A DNA stretch of 64,000 nucleotides from Octopus vulgaris. Taxonomy: Eukaryota. The stretch lies in contig OX597816.1 in the NCBI GenBank assembly GCA_951406725.2, forward strand, positions 112,406,001-112,470,000, written 5' to 3'. Shown here one piece after another: positions 33,960 to 46,120 of the stretch. Both the position numbers and the translations under genes were made by a program. How positions within the stretch are numbered: the first letter of the stretch is position 1; each line of letters opens with the position of its first letter. The notes beneath the pieces are model-generated. The model saw nothing but the letters and a program-made list of their open reading frames with translations, was not told the origin of the DNA and searched no databases.

Positions 33960-34471
33960 TCTATATATATAAAACTCTAGTTGTGTGAGTGTCTGTCCCC
34001 TTCGATTTAGATTCCTAACTCCTCCCACATTTTGCGGTGCAGTTTAACCAAATTCGGGTATCTTATAGTCGTGATTCATATCGAGCCCGTCTGACTATTA
34101 GCGCGCGTCAACGATGAGTCTACGATTTTAAAAATAATTTAACATCATTTTTTATTCCATTTTAATGCATAAAATGCATCGTGTGTCGATGGCGGCGGAG
34201 TTGGCGTCCACGCTCACAGCTGCACCTGTTTGCTTCTCCCCCTTCCCTCCCTCGTGAAGCTGTGGGGAAGGGACTGTAAAGAAATCAACGTCGTAATGCG
34301 TTGTGAAGGAGACCAGCGTTCTTTTAGAACAACGACTTCATGGCTTGAAGACACCAAAACAGAAATGGCTAAGAAAGCCCGAATTGGCATCTATAAGGGA
34401 AGTAACTCTCTAAAAATGCTTATATAGTTATTTCCCTTACAAACCCGAGCAACGCCGGGCGATACTGCTAG
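33960..34471 (+). mobile_element. Complete non-autonomous Helitron
   Basis: 5' TC (TCTATATATATAAAAC), 3' hairpin CCCGAGCAACGCCGGG followed by CTAG, inserted between A(33959) and T(34472) with no TSD. Confidence 0.9.
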
Positions 34472-34844
34472 TATTATATAAGACAAAAATAATCACACTT
34501 AGCTGTGGTGTTCGTTATTGAGCTGGTGTACCCCAATTGCTACTTCTGGATTGCTTTAACATATCACTAGAAGGTACGATTCATGTAGGTGCCTCTGGGC
34601 GTGGCATAATGAGGCAGCCCTTGGTGTTCTTATAAAAGTTTGGGATGTTACTGTCATCACTTTCAGTTTATTTTCACTTTTTTACGATCATAAGCTGCAT
34701 ATTAACCTATTCATTTTTTTGAGCCTGGAGCAGTGTTGAAGTTCTTAAATGACAACGAAAGGATTCTGGCAAACCAATTCATTGATTAACTGGACGATTA
34801 ATCAAGCAATTGATTAATTACACGGTTAATTAGTTGACTAATAA

Positions 34845-35290
34845 TGCCTTCAAATTTTGGCCAAAGGCCACTAATTTTAGGGTTAGAAGTAGGTCGATTA
34901 TATCGACCCCAGTGATCAACTGGTACTTATTTTATCGACTCCGAAAGGATGAAAGCAGAGTTGACTTCGGCGGAATTTGTATTAGGAACATAAAATGTCA
35001 GAAGAAATACCGTTAAGAATTTTGTCCGATGCGCTAACGATTCTTGCCATTTCACCGCCCTGTGCAGTTGGCCAATAATCCATTCTACTATAGGCACATT
35101 TGGGGTTGGATAGGAGGTTAGTCAACTATATCAATCCCAGTACTCAACTAGGATTTATTTTATCAACCTCGAAAGGACAAAAGACGAAGTCGACTTCGAC
35201 GACATTTGAACCCAAAACATAAAGCTCGAAAAAATGCCGCTAACTTTTTTGTCCAATGCGCTAACGATCCTGCCAACCCGTTGCCCTAAT
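34845..35290 (-). mobile_element. Two tandem SINE family A copies
   Basis: Two consecutive diverged units with CCCAGT..TCAACT.G.A.TTATTTTATC.AC..CGAAAGGA motif. Confidence 0.75.
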
Positions 35291-37831
35291 TAGTTGATTA
35301 ATAATAATACGTGAAAAAAAAAATGTGAGCTAGTGCGTTTGCTTTTGTTGACAAAATGACACTCCTATAATCTAACAGCTGTGTTCTATACGCTTTTCAT
35401 AGCAAGAATTGTGCAAAACAAATACAAAAGCGAAAAATTTAAGCATTTAACCATAACTTGATGAGAAAGAAATTAGCAATAGAGGAAGTAAAACCCATTT
35501 AGGCTTCAACAGGATTCGAAATTGAGTCATGAACATCGGTTTACTGGGAACTTACTGAGCAGTACTTGACGATTCCATGAGCACCACTGTAAACAACAAT
35601 TATAAGGATTCATTTTTTATTTTTAATATCAATATATTTGCATATGGTATATTATTGATACATATCTTATAGACCCCGCAAAAAAAAAAAAGCAATATCG
35701 CCACTGGTACGATTTAAAACTAAAACCAAATGACAAAAATAAATGCTCAAAAGTATACATTCCGGCACATTACCATTTTTTGCAACCCCCACCGCCCTCA
35801 TAGCAACTATAATCGTGAATCAAAAAGGTTGACGGAAAATAATTTCTTACAAGCTATTGTTAAACGGTTGTCTGAAACGGAAGCAAATTATTGTAGAATG
35901 TTCTAACAAATAAAATAAACAAGCAAACACGACTGTTTGCATGGTTTTCTACATTCTTTAGAAATACAGAAGAGTTTTGTTTTCCTGTCTGTTTTTTTTT
36001 TTTTTTATTTTAGAATTTACTACTTTCTTTTCATATGCCAAAATGTTTGTGTACAAGGGAAATAAAATTGGTTTCATGTTTTATTAATGTATGGTACACT
36101 GCATTTGGGTATTGGGTAGGTTTGGTTTTGGAATAGATGAATGTGTAAAGAAAGGATGTGGAATTTGGGAGAAAATGGCTAACATTTAACCGTGAATTGT
36201 AGTTTTTCGGGGAAAGAAATTGCGCCTATAGCTATAAATGAGGAGAGTCTTTGTCATGGTAAGAAAAGCTTTTTAGCACTGCGAACGAATTGTTAGTGCG
36301 GAAAACCTGTGCGGCGTATATTTGCTGAGAAAATCAAGGGTTTTGGTGGGTTTTGAAAAATTCGTTAGCAAGCAGTTTTCAATTTTAATGCAAGTGACTG
36401 GTTTCTCACCGTTGATGTATGTGATCGTTTAACTTGTTAGAAACAGCACCGATATCTCCTTCAAAACACCCCTCCCAATGTCTTAAAGAAGGAAAAAAAT
36501 ATTGGATGTGTACATACACTAGCCTAAAAAAAAAGTTGGGTTTGTGATGACTGTGTTCTGATAATTCTACTCAATAAGGGTTGACCTGAGGCTAAGTAGC
36601 AACGTTAACCAATGCATACATGGGGATGAGTGTATCAGAAGAGAGCTAAACTAGATCAATACACTGGGTTCAAATCTTTCTCAAGGTAAATTTTTATCTT
36701 TCATCTTTTTGGAACTTGATGCGAGGTGGCAGAGATAAAAGTAACATATCTCAGGTTCATGTAGAATGAACCGTAAATCAGAATGTTGCGCGATTTCAAT
36801 TATCTCTTGGAACCTATTTACTCCATTTACAAATTATGACCTTGAGAAATAAGCATGGGAACTTTTGTTTTGCAAAATAAGATTCCGGAGGGTAGAGTTA
36901 CAAATATGTTTTGATTCTCTGCTATCTTACAAACAGAAACAAGCAAACACGATGCTTCACGTCATTAATTTAGTAGCAAATTAAAGAAAGGTCGACCGAT
37001 TGTTGTCTCTGTTGCGCCAAAAAAAAAAAAAAATGGAAGCAGGGAAAAATAACCCTAGTGCTAGTTGCCTGGCTATCTATTTGTATAGCTCTCCAGCAGA
37101 GAAAAGGCACAGAAAATGCTTGGAACTGACAATGGGCGCATCAGAGTTGCATTGAAGCTCTAGTATGCAGCTCTTACATTTAAACTTATTAAAGAATCGA
37201 GATTTATTTTACTCCTGTTAAATTTAGAACCTTTATTGTGTTGAGTTGCAGTGATGGTGAAGATGACTTCTGGAAGACAAATACTATGATTAAGTTTCAG
37301 TTTTCAGTCAGCCATTTTCTTCGAAGTGTATGAGCGTCGCACCATTTACGCATTCTTCGTTTGACAATTGAAGGTTTTCATCCACTTCGCTTAGAAAATA
37401 CTTTTGAGAGTAACCTAACTTCATTAGTTACTCCACCTCCACAATTATTTCGATCTTTCGATCCACAGTTGAAGCGATTTCATTTTATTTTTGTCGCCAT
37501 TGTCCTAGAAACGACATCTTTATTTTTAGTCAAAAATAAATCAACATTATGGCTATAAAGGATTTGGGGCATTTACTGCCACCTTACCAGCAAGTTAATC
37601 TAAATTACTCGAGACATTCATAATATTGATTTCTGTTGAACAATCACAACACTATTGGGGAGCAGAAGTTGAAATTTATGACGTCCATGCATTTGACAAA
37701 TCACATTCGCAATATATGTTTAGAAAAATCCCGTCAACCGAAGATTTGGTTAGCTAACACATTTCTGACTCCATGGCCTTCATTTCGTGTTCAGTAAGCA
37801 AAACTCTTTTTACATTATTTTTATTTGACAG

Positions 37832-37860
37832 AACATACGGCGGCAAACAGGCTAGATTTT
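37832..37860 (+). other. Candidate 29-nt exon
   Basis: T-rich acceptor TTTTACATTATTTTTATTTGACAG, then AACATACGGCGGCAAACAGGCTAGATTTT, then GTAAGT donor; two frames open (TYGGKQARF or HTAANRLDF). Confidence 0.35.
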
Positions 37861-38073
37861 GTAAGTAAGTTCCCGGTGAACAGTCTTTGGTACTTGTCAA
37901 TTGTCGTGGTCCCGGTTTTGCACACGCAAATTCGCGCGCGCGCGCGCGCCAGACGTAGGTACTCGATACTCGAGATCCTACGAGGTGACTTGCGCATGCG
38001 CAGTGCAGAATTCGCGCGTGCGCGTTAAACCCCCCCCCTAAAAAAAAAGGTGTTGGATTTCACTAAAAATATA

Positions 38074-38105
<32 letters not shown>

Positions 38106-38387
38106 ACATTTTCAATTTTACACAAAAAAATTACATAGTCGCTTTCCTCGCGGATTTACAGAGAAATGAATTAATTACTATTTTACAGAATAAAATTAAT
38201 GAATTAATTATATAAATTAAATAATTCTTGAAAATTAATTAATATTAATAATATTTTTTGAACAAAGTAAATAATTTATAAAACTTGGTTAATAATTTTT
38301 TTTACACAAACGCGAACGTATATAATTTGTGAAACTTTTTTTTTACAGACGTATATAATTTGGTAAACTTAATGAATTAATTTCTTC

Positions 38388-38806
38388 TCATCATCATCAT
38401 CGTTTAACGTCCGTTCTCCATGCCAGCATGGGTTGGACGGTTCGACCGGGGATCTGGGAAGCCAGAAGGCTGCACCAGACTCCAGTCTTATCTGGCAATG
38501 TTTCTACAGCTGGATGCCCTTCCTAACGCCAACCACTCCGAGAGTGTAGTGGGTGCTTTTTACATGCCACCCGCACAGGTGCCAGGCGAGGCTGGCAACG
38601 GCCACGGTCGGATTGGTGCCAGTCGAGGCGGCTCTGGCATCGGCCACGATTCGGATAGTGCTTTTTACGTACCACCAGTCCAGGGGTCCTGGCATTTGCC
38701 GGGTGCCACACTTGCCCCAACATGTCTTCGCAAGCAAAGGGGGTTGGCATGGGTGCCTGTCGTGGGATGAGGTTCGATATCAACTTCGCTTGCCTCAACA
38801 GGTCTT
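38388..38806 (-). mobile_element. RTE-LINE 3' end / RTE-derived short element inside left arm
   Basis: (CAT)n tail then CGTTTAACGTCC...GGATGCCCTTCCTAACGCCAACCACTCCGAGAGTG, homologous to the 3' end of the RTE remnant at 51122. Confidence 0.8.
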
Positions 38807-39872
38807 TGTGTATAAATGTATAAATTTTTCGCACTAAATTCTTTCCGTAGAATTTATCAAAAAACGCGCAAAATTATTCCGTAGACTTTATCAAATTAAA
38901 AAACGCAAAATTAATATATTTTTTGAAATTGCAAATTATTTAGAATATAAAACAAATTAAGTTAAATTTTAAAAATAAATGTCATATACTTATACTCTGT
39001 AAGGTGCTGTGTTCACACTTCAATTTACTATTTTCTAGAAATGTTGCTTTTCTAATTGAAACAATTTTTCTCAATCTCCATTTAAAAGTCCATAATGCCT
39101 CTTGAGCCATATCAAAATGAACAACTTTGAATTACCCGGTGGTGGTGGTGGTGTGAGGTTCTAATTTTTTTTCTGATCTCTCTTTGCCCCCCCCTAGATG
39201 GAGGTGTGGTGGGGAGACAGATGAAAGATGTTTCATTCTCTACTATATATGTATATATATATCTATATCTATATATATATATATATATATATTTCTTAAA
39301 CCTACACGATATAGTCTATAAATTTGGGATGTTTTTGAAAGATAATATATTTTGTCATCAGAATATATATACTTTCTCACACTACAATTAAGATATATTT
39401 ATTTTAAATCGTTCATCTTTTCCCGCGACAACAAAAATTGGGCGCGAAAATTTTTCTAAATATTAGCTGAATGAACAACTGAGATAAAGAGGGGGCAAAG
39501 AGAGATCAGAAAAAAAATTAGAACCTCACACCACCACCACCGGGTAATTCAAAGTTGTTCATTTTGATATGGCTCAAGAGGCATTATGGACTTTTAAATG
39601 GAGATTGAGAAAAATTGTTTCAATTAGAAAAGCAACATTTCTAGAAAATAGTAAATTGAAGTGTGAACACAGCACCTTACAGAGTATAAGTATATGACAT
39701 TTATTTTTAAAATTTAACTTAATTTGTTTTATATTCTAAATAATTTGCAATTTCAAAAAATATATTAATTTTGCGTTTTTTAATTTGATAAAGTCTACGG
39801 AATAATTTTGCGCGTTTTTTGATAAATTCTACGGAAAGAATTTAGTGCGAAAAATTTATACATTTATACACA

Positions 39873-40292
39873 AAGACCTGTTGAGGCAAGCGAAGTTGAT
39901 ATCGAACCTCATCCCACGACAGGCACCCATGCCAACCCCCTTTGCTTGCGAAGACATGTTGGGGCAAGTGTGGCACCCGGCAAATGCCAGGACCCCTGGA
40001 CTGGTGGTACGTAAAAAGCACTATCCGAATCGTGGCCGATGCCAGAGCCGCCTCGACTGGCACCAATCCGACCGTGGCCGTTGCCAGCCTCGCCTGGCAC
40101 CTGTGCGGGTGGCATGTAAAAAGCACCCACTACACTCTCGGAGTGGTTGGCGTTAGGAAGGGCATCCAGCTGTAGAAACATTGCCAGATAAGACTGGAGT
40201 CTGATGCAGCCTTCTGGCTTCCCAGATCCCCGGTCGAACCGTCCAACCCATGCTGGCATGGAGAACGGACGTTAAACGATGATGATGATGAG
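39873..40292 (+). mobile_element. Mirror copy of the RTE 3' fragment inside right arm
   Basis: Reverse complement of 38388-38806 with about one substitution and a tail-length difference. Confidence 0.8.
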
Positions 40293-41817
40293 AAGAAATT
40301 AATTCATTAAGTTTACCAAATTATATGTCTGTAAAAAAAAAAAGTTTCACAAATTATATACGTTCGCGTTTGTGTAAAAAAAATTATTAACCAAGTTTTA
40401 TAAATTATTTACTTTGTTCAAAAAATATTATTAATATTAATTAATTTTCAAGAATTATTTAATTTATATAATTAATTCATTAATTTTATTCTGTAAAATA
40501 GTAATTAATTCATTTCTCTGTAAATCCGCGAGGAAAGCGACTATGTAATTTTTTTGTGTAAAATTGAAAATGTTATATATACACACACACACATACACAC
40601 ACATATATTTTTAGTGAAATCCAACACCTTTTTTTTTAGGGGGGGGGGTTTAACGCGCACGCGCGAATTTTGCACTGCGCATGCGCAAGTCACCTCGTAG
40701 GATCTCGAGTATCGAGTACCTACGTCTGGCGCGCGCGCGAATTCGCGTGTGCAAAACCGGGACCACGACAATTGACAAGTACCCAGTCTTTTAATCCAGT
40801 TGAAATTATTATTTAGGACAACCAGTCGTTTGTGCTGAGTTGATGGATACCACATACATCCATGCATGCAATTGACTATATCGCACACAATACAAATGTG
40901 AACCTCATTTTAATTTTTATGAAAACAATAATATTTATTTCAAATATTTGTATTTCTTTTAAAGTATGAAATAGGTAATTTCTACTAAATACATATTTAA
41001 CAAAGTTGCTATTGTTTGATGCAATATAGCTGTAACTCTACCAGATTGTTCTTGTTATACGCAGTTACATGGTGTTAGATGTGTCGACTGAATTGAATAT
41101 TAACTGCTTGTGGTGCTTTGTTGTTCCTATGTTGCTCGATTGTAACATTTTGTTTAAAGCAAAATAATGATAAAAAAAAAAAACTTGGCCAGAGATATAT
41201 ATTTGAAGAATTTTTTTTTTTTCGGAAAATTAAATGACGCTCTAGTTAGTATTGTGTACTGTTAGTCTGGTTTCTGTTTATGTTCTTTTGAGTTTTCCGC
41301 CATAATGTGAAAGGTCGCCAAAACAATTTAGTAGGAAGACAACCAAAGTTGACTCCCAGCGGGATATGAATCACTGCTACTGAATTAGAATTATACAATA
41401 CATTTGTTTTGGCGCTTTTCTTTACTTCACTAATCATTTCTGTATCGGTCCAATTTTAGTTATGTGTATTGCCTTTCATATCTAAGACAGTGAAGTATTA
41501 TTTGATGGAGATTAGTTTGCTAGTTCTTGCAGGTCGAGAGACACACATTATTTTGGCTGCGTGAAGGTTACATTATATTGTTTATTTCTCGAATGTCGAG
41601 AAAAATGCTTTGCAGTTTTACTATGTTATAACTATGCGGATTTTGGTTAAATAAGTCTTGGTATTATGTTAAGATTGCGTGCTGTACCGTAACAAAACCA
41701 ACTTATACGTTGTTTAAATAACATTTATTTTTCAGTAGTATATCACATTTATATAATTAGTGGTTTACCAACGGTATATTGTGGTATGTTAGAAGCAAGT
41801 GTAGTTCATAGTTACAT

Positions 41818-42862
41818 CAAAGGCGTAGCCATGTTCTAAAGTTAAGGAGGAGGCTCACACATAAAAAAAAGGCGCGTGACGCATAGCAAACAATTTTAAA
41901 CTAATTTCTCTTATATTACGCAAAATATTTCATTAGTTACAATATATGTAATTGTATTTACGATCATTAATTTCATGTTCCAGTTACAATGTTATCGTAT
42001 ACGAAACTTACAGATACTGATTTAACTAATGAGTTAAAACCAAAAAGTTGTTGAAAAGGTGCCAATTTTGAAAAATGTGCTCGTGGTGAGCAGTCGCGGA
42101 TCTTATCGGTTTGAACGGCAGTTTTTAACATAATTTCTAGGTAACTAAAAAATTTTAAACTTTGTATACTGGTAGAATGTGTTTATAGAACATCTTTTTC
42201 TCTTGGCTTTCTTGAGAAAATTCTGTAGTTTGTAACATATTTGTTGTTTAATTTCTTGCATTTCGGCAATTTCAACCAATCAATTACGTCTATTGAGTTA
42301 AAAAGCATTCTGTGCCGTATGAATATGTACCTCGTTTAAGAAACACATTGGCTTTATTTACATTTGTGAAGAAAAAAAGATACCCTTCCCCCACCCCTAA
42401 CCAACCCTAAATCTAAAATAGATTGAAATGCAATAGATTGAAACGGCAGTTTTTTCTAGTGGTGTCATATGAAATTGTCACCCATAATTATGACCCTAGT
42501 ATCGATCTATTGCATTTCAATCTATTTTAGATTTAGGGGTGGGGGAAGGGTATCTTTTTTTCTTCACAAATGAAATTAACCCAATGTGTTTCTTAAACGA
42601 GGGACATATTCATACAACACAGAATGCTTTTCAACTCAATAGACGCCAGTGATTGGTTGAAATTGTCGAAATGCAAGGAATTAAACAACAAATATGTTAC
42701 AAACTACAGAATTTTCTCAAGAAAGCCAAGAGAAAAAGATGTTTTATAAACACATTCTACCAGTATACGAAGTTTAAAATTTTTTAGTTACCTAGAAATT
42801 GTTAAAAACTGCCGTTCTAACCGAAAAGATCCGCAGTCGCTGTTTTACTAGCTACGCCACTG
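41818..42862. mobile_element. hAT-like MITE hosting a nested foldback element
   Basis: TIRs CAAAGGCGTAGC / GCTACGCCACTG; TSD AGTTACAT (41810-41817) / AGTTAAAT (42863-42870). Confidence 0.7.
42098..42832. mobile_element. GG-ended foldback MITE with ~340-bp inverted arms
   Basis: Ends GGATCTTATCGGTTTGAACGGCAGTTTTT / AAAAACTGCCGTTCTAACCGAAAAGATCC; perfect 8-bp TSD GCAGTCGC at 42090-42097 and 42833-42840. Confidence 0.9.
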
Positions 42863-44839
42863 AGTTAAATTAATAAGTTTCGCTTGAGAGATGGGAAAAT
42901 ATTGTTCTTCATAGTCGACGATTCCTTTAACTGAGAGTTGAGCTGCAGCAAGGGCTTGTCGTCTGTGCATTTCATGTGCATTTCTGATGCATTTACCAAC
43001 ATTATTGCTTATATAACTTATGCGGAAACTTCTGAAACCTGATAGAACTGTATAAAACGGATAAATATTTCTGCTAGCTGGTTGATTGGCAATGAGGATA
43101 CGTCATCTGATTTAAGTGTGGTCTGAGCCTAGTTATTAAAGCTGTAGAGGTTTCAAGTGTAGGCTTTGCTACAACTACGTATAAATACCTATGTTAAAAT
43201 CCGGCCATGGTCAGTTTTGCCTTAAAAATATTCGCAGGGTCGGGTATCCACTACTCCGCCTCACCAAATTGCTGGATTTGCCTAAATCAGAAACCATTAT
43301 ACTGTTTATGAATTTCAAAATAAAAGAGGAGGAAAAATCACCCGAACTTAGACAGATTGAGTATGAAGTAGCTGCTACCATAGATTGAAATCAAAACTGA
43401 GATGATACTTAGTTGTAGGATCGAAGAAAACCTTCCGAAATTTACTTGTACTTAGTGGTTCTAGATAAATATATCACCATCATCCGTCACCCATACAACC
43501 ACCGCCATCGTTGTACACGCATCTCTAAATCTTTGTCTGAACTATATTCACAGCAATGGCATTAATACTAGAATATAATGAGAAGAATAACGATTTATTT
43601 TTCAGTCAGCTGGACAGTTTTATTTGACTACAATGTTGTTGGGGTGTGGAAATCTAGTCTTAGAACGAACAAGAGAAGATCAGAATCAACACTATAATTC
43701 GGTGGACGACGTATTTATAGATACAACTAGCGTGAACTAAAGGATTAAGACATAATACATTCGTGCGATTTATGATTCTAAAGTTATGAAATACTTCTAC
43801 AATAAACTGCTGTAACGAAGTTCCGGGATTATAGAATAAACAGATAAATAAAAACACATTTACGAGCAGGCAAATATAAGCTTTGACGCGATCGCTTAAC
43901 CTGCTAGACAGAAGCAGACAAATTTTCCTCAAATCATACTCTACGGTTTTTTTAGAAAATGGCTACATTTGAAATGAACTAGTTGTGGGGACGGACACAC
44001 ACATTTAATAAGTGCCAGTGAATGAATTTCTGAGCCCTCGAGTCACTTTAACTTCTACCGATTATTAATTCTTTCTACTATAGGCACAAATCCTGGAATT
44101 TGGGGAAGGGGACAGCCCCCACTCTCTCTCTCTCTGTATATATATATATATATATATATAAAGTGCTCAACTAGTACTTATTTTATCGATCTTTGCGGAA
44201 TTTGAACTCAAAATGTAAACACGGACGAAATAACGCTAAGCATTTTGTTTGGCATGCTAACAATTTTGCTAGCTCACCACCTTCTGCCGTTTATTAAATA
44301 ATGAAAAAAAAGAAGTTTATTCATGTTTTGAGTTCTTAGAGAGTCATAGTACTTCTCGATGAGGTTTGACCTGGATGTAAATTATACATTTTAATGATTA
44401 TTTCTTTTTGTATAGTCTAAACTTTAAGATGTATAGAGGAGGATAGAAGGAAGATGTGACAAGTATTTCATAAGGACATTTAATTATGCAAGTAAAGTGT
44501 TTAAGTGAAAATGTCATATGAATTCGTTTTGCCTATAATTCACACTACTCTGTATGTCGACCTTACACATCTAGAGGACAAGAGGAGCTAATGAAGAAAC
44601 ATCTAGTAGCCAGATGTTCTTCAAGTTACATCCTGCTATTTTTGAAGAAGAAGACTCCGGAAAATATCTCCCTACATATACTGTATTTTTCTTTTTAAAA
44701 AAGAAAAACAGTATATATATATATATATATATATTATTGAAAAGCAGCAAAAATATCACAAAAACTGTTACTCAGTACTCAGAGTTTCACGTTCCCATTC
44801 GTTAGACAGTTTTGATACACGTACACATATGTGTGTGTG

Positions 44840-45185
44840 AGGTGGCGAGCTGGCAAAATAATTAGCACGCCGGGCAAAATGCTTTGCGGTATTTCGTCTG
44901 CCGCTACGTTCTGAGTTCAAATTCCGCCGAAGTCGACTTTGTCTTTCATCCTTTCGGGTCGATTAAATAAGTACCAGTTACGCACTGGGGTTGATATAAT
45001 CGACTTAATCCGTTTGTTTGTCCTCTCTGTGTATAGCCCGTTGTGGGTAATAAAGAATTAGGTATTTCATCTGTCGTTTCGTTCTTTCATGGTCGATTAA
45101 ATAAATACCAATTACACACTGGAGTTGATGTAATCGACTTAACCCTTTGTTTGTCCTTCGTGTTTATCCCCCTGGGCAATAAATA
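44840..45185 (+). mobile_element. SINE family A, full copy followed by a partial tandem copy
   Basis: Full unit 44840-45060, then restarts at internal GGTATTTC-TCTG motif at 45061. Confidence 0.85.
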
Positions 45186-45712
45186 AACAAATTAATATAT
45201 AATATTAGCAACAGTTTATATTAACAATATAATGTAATAGTCTGCTTCATCGCAGCTGACCATGGGTTAAACATCAACAGGTATGCGTGAGAAGGGAGGA
45301 AAAATAATTCACCTGATTTATCTTACCAAAATCTTTTCTTATGGTTAATACATTATTTATATGTCTCCACTAATCACACCACAACGTGTTTAATCCATTA
45401 TATAATATCCCGTTGTAAAACATGGAATGAGACGCCAGTAATAATTCTCTTTAATTCTCTGTTTATTACTTGGCTTCGTATCTAAGTTAGCTGTGGAGTA
45501 TCACAATTAACAGCCATTTCTTTCTCTCCTAAACGTCCAACAGTTTCAAATTGTATCCTTCTTCTGCGTGATCGATTTGATTTTATAATTTCTGACTTTT
45601 CGTACTTTTGATTTCAAACATGCTGATTATAGATATGCATTTGTTTTAAAGATTTTCACAATTCACTTTTTTTATTTGATGAAGAACGGAATCGTTAGCA
45701 CACAAAATGCCT

Positions 45713-46120
45713 ATTTCTTTACTACCCACAAGGGGCTAAACACAGAGGGGGACAAACAAGGACAGACAAACGGATTAAGTCGATTATATCAACCCCAGTG
45801 CGTAACTGGTACTTATTTAATCGACCCCGAAAGGATGAAAGGCAAAGTTGACCTCGGCGAAATTTGAACTAAGAACGTAGCGGCAAACGAAATACCTATT
45901 TCTTTATTACCCACAAGGGGCTAAACACAGAGGGGACAAACAAGGACAGACAAACGGATTAAGTCGATTATATCGACTCCAGTGCGTAACTGGTACTTAT
46001 TTAATCGACCCCGAAAGGATGAAAGGCAAAGTTGACCTCGGCGAAATTTGAACTAAGAACGTAGCGGCAAACGAAATACCGCTAAGCATTTCGCCCGACC
46101 TGCTAACGTTTCTGCCAGCT
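45713..46120 (-). mobile_element. Dimeric SINE family A inserted antisense into an older SINE A
   Basis: Two near-identical ~185-bp units; single TSD CAAAATGCCT at 45703-45712 and 46121-46130; host SINE spans ~45688-46300 on plus strand. Confidence 0.88.

Larger units (their letters stand above)
37889..40783. mobile_element. Non-autonomous foldback DNA transposon, Merlin-like; inverted arms 37889-39191 and 39491-40783
   Basis: Termini GGTACTTGTCAATTGTCGTGGTCC / GGACCACGACAATTGACAAGTACC; perfect 8-bp TSD CAGTCTTT at 37881-37888 and 40784-40791; arms near-identical; ~300-bp non-coding spacer. Confidence 0.92.

Noticed and set aside
36722-36930. Possible Tc1/mariner-like MITE (GAGGTGGCAGAGA ... 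TCTCTGCTATCT)
   Set aside because: Inverted match is short and degenerate with no clean TA duplication.
38420-40259. Mirror-image 77-116 aa ORFs in the foldback arms as a possible transposase
   Set aside because: They lie in the RTE 3' UTR-like insert, have no DDE motifs, and are duplicated only because of the inverted repeat.
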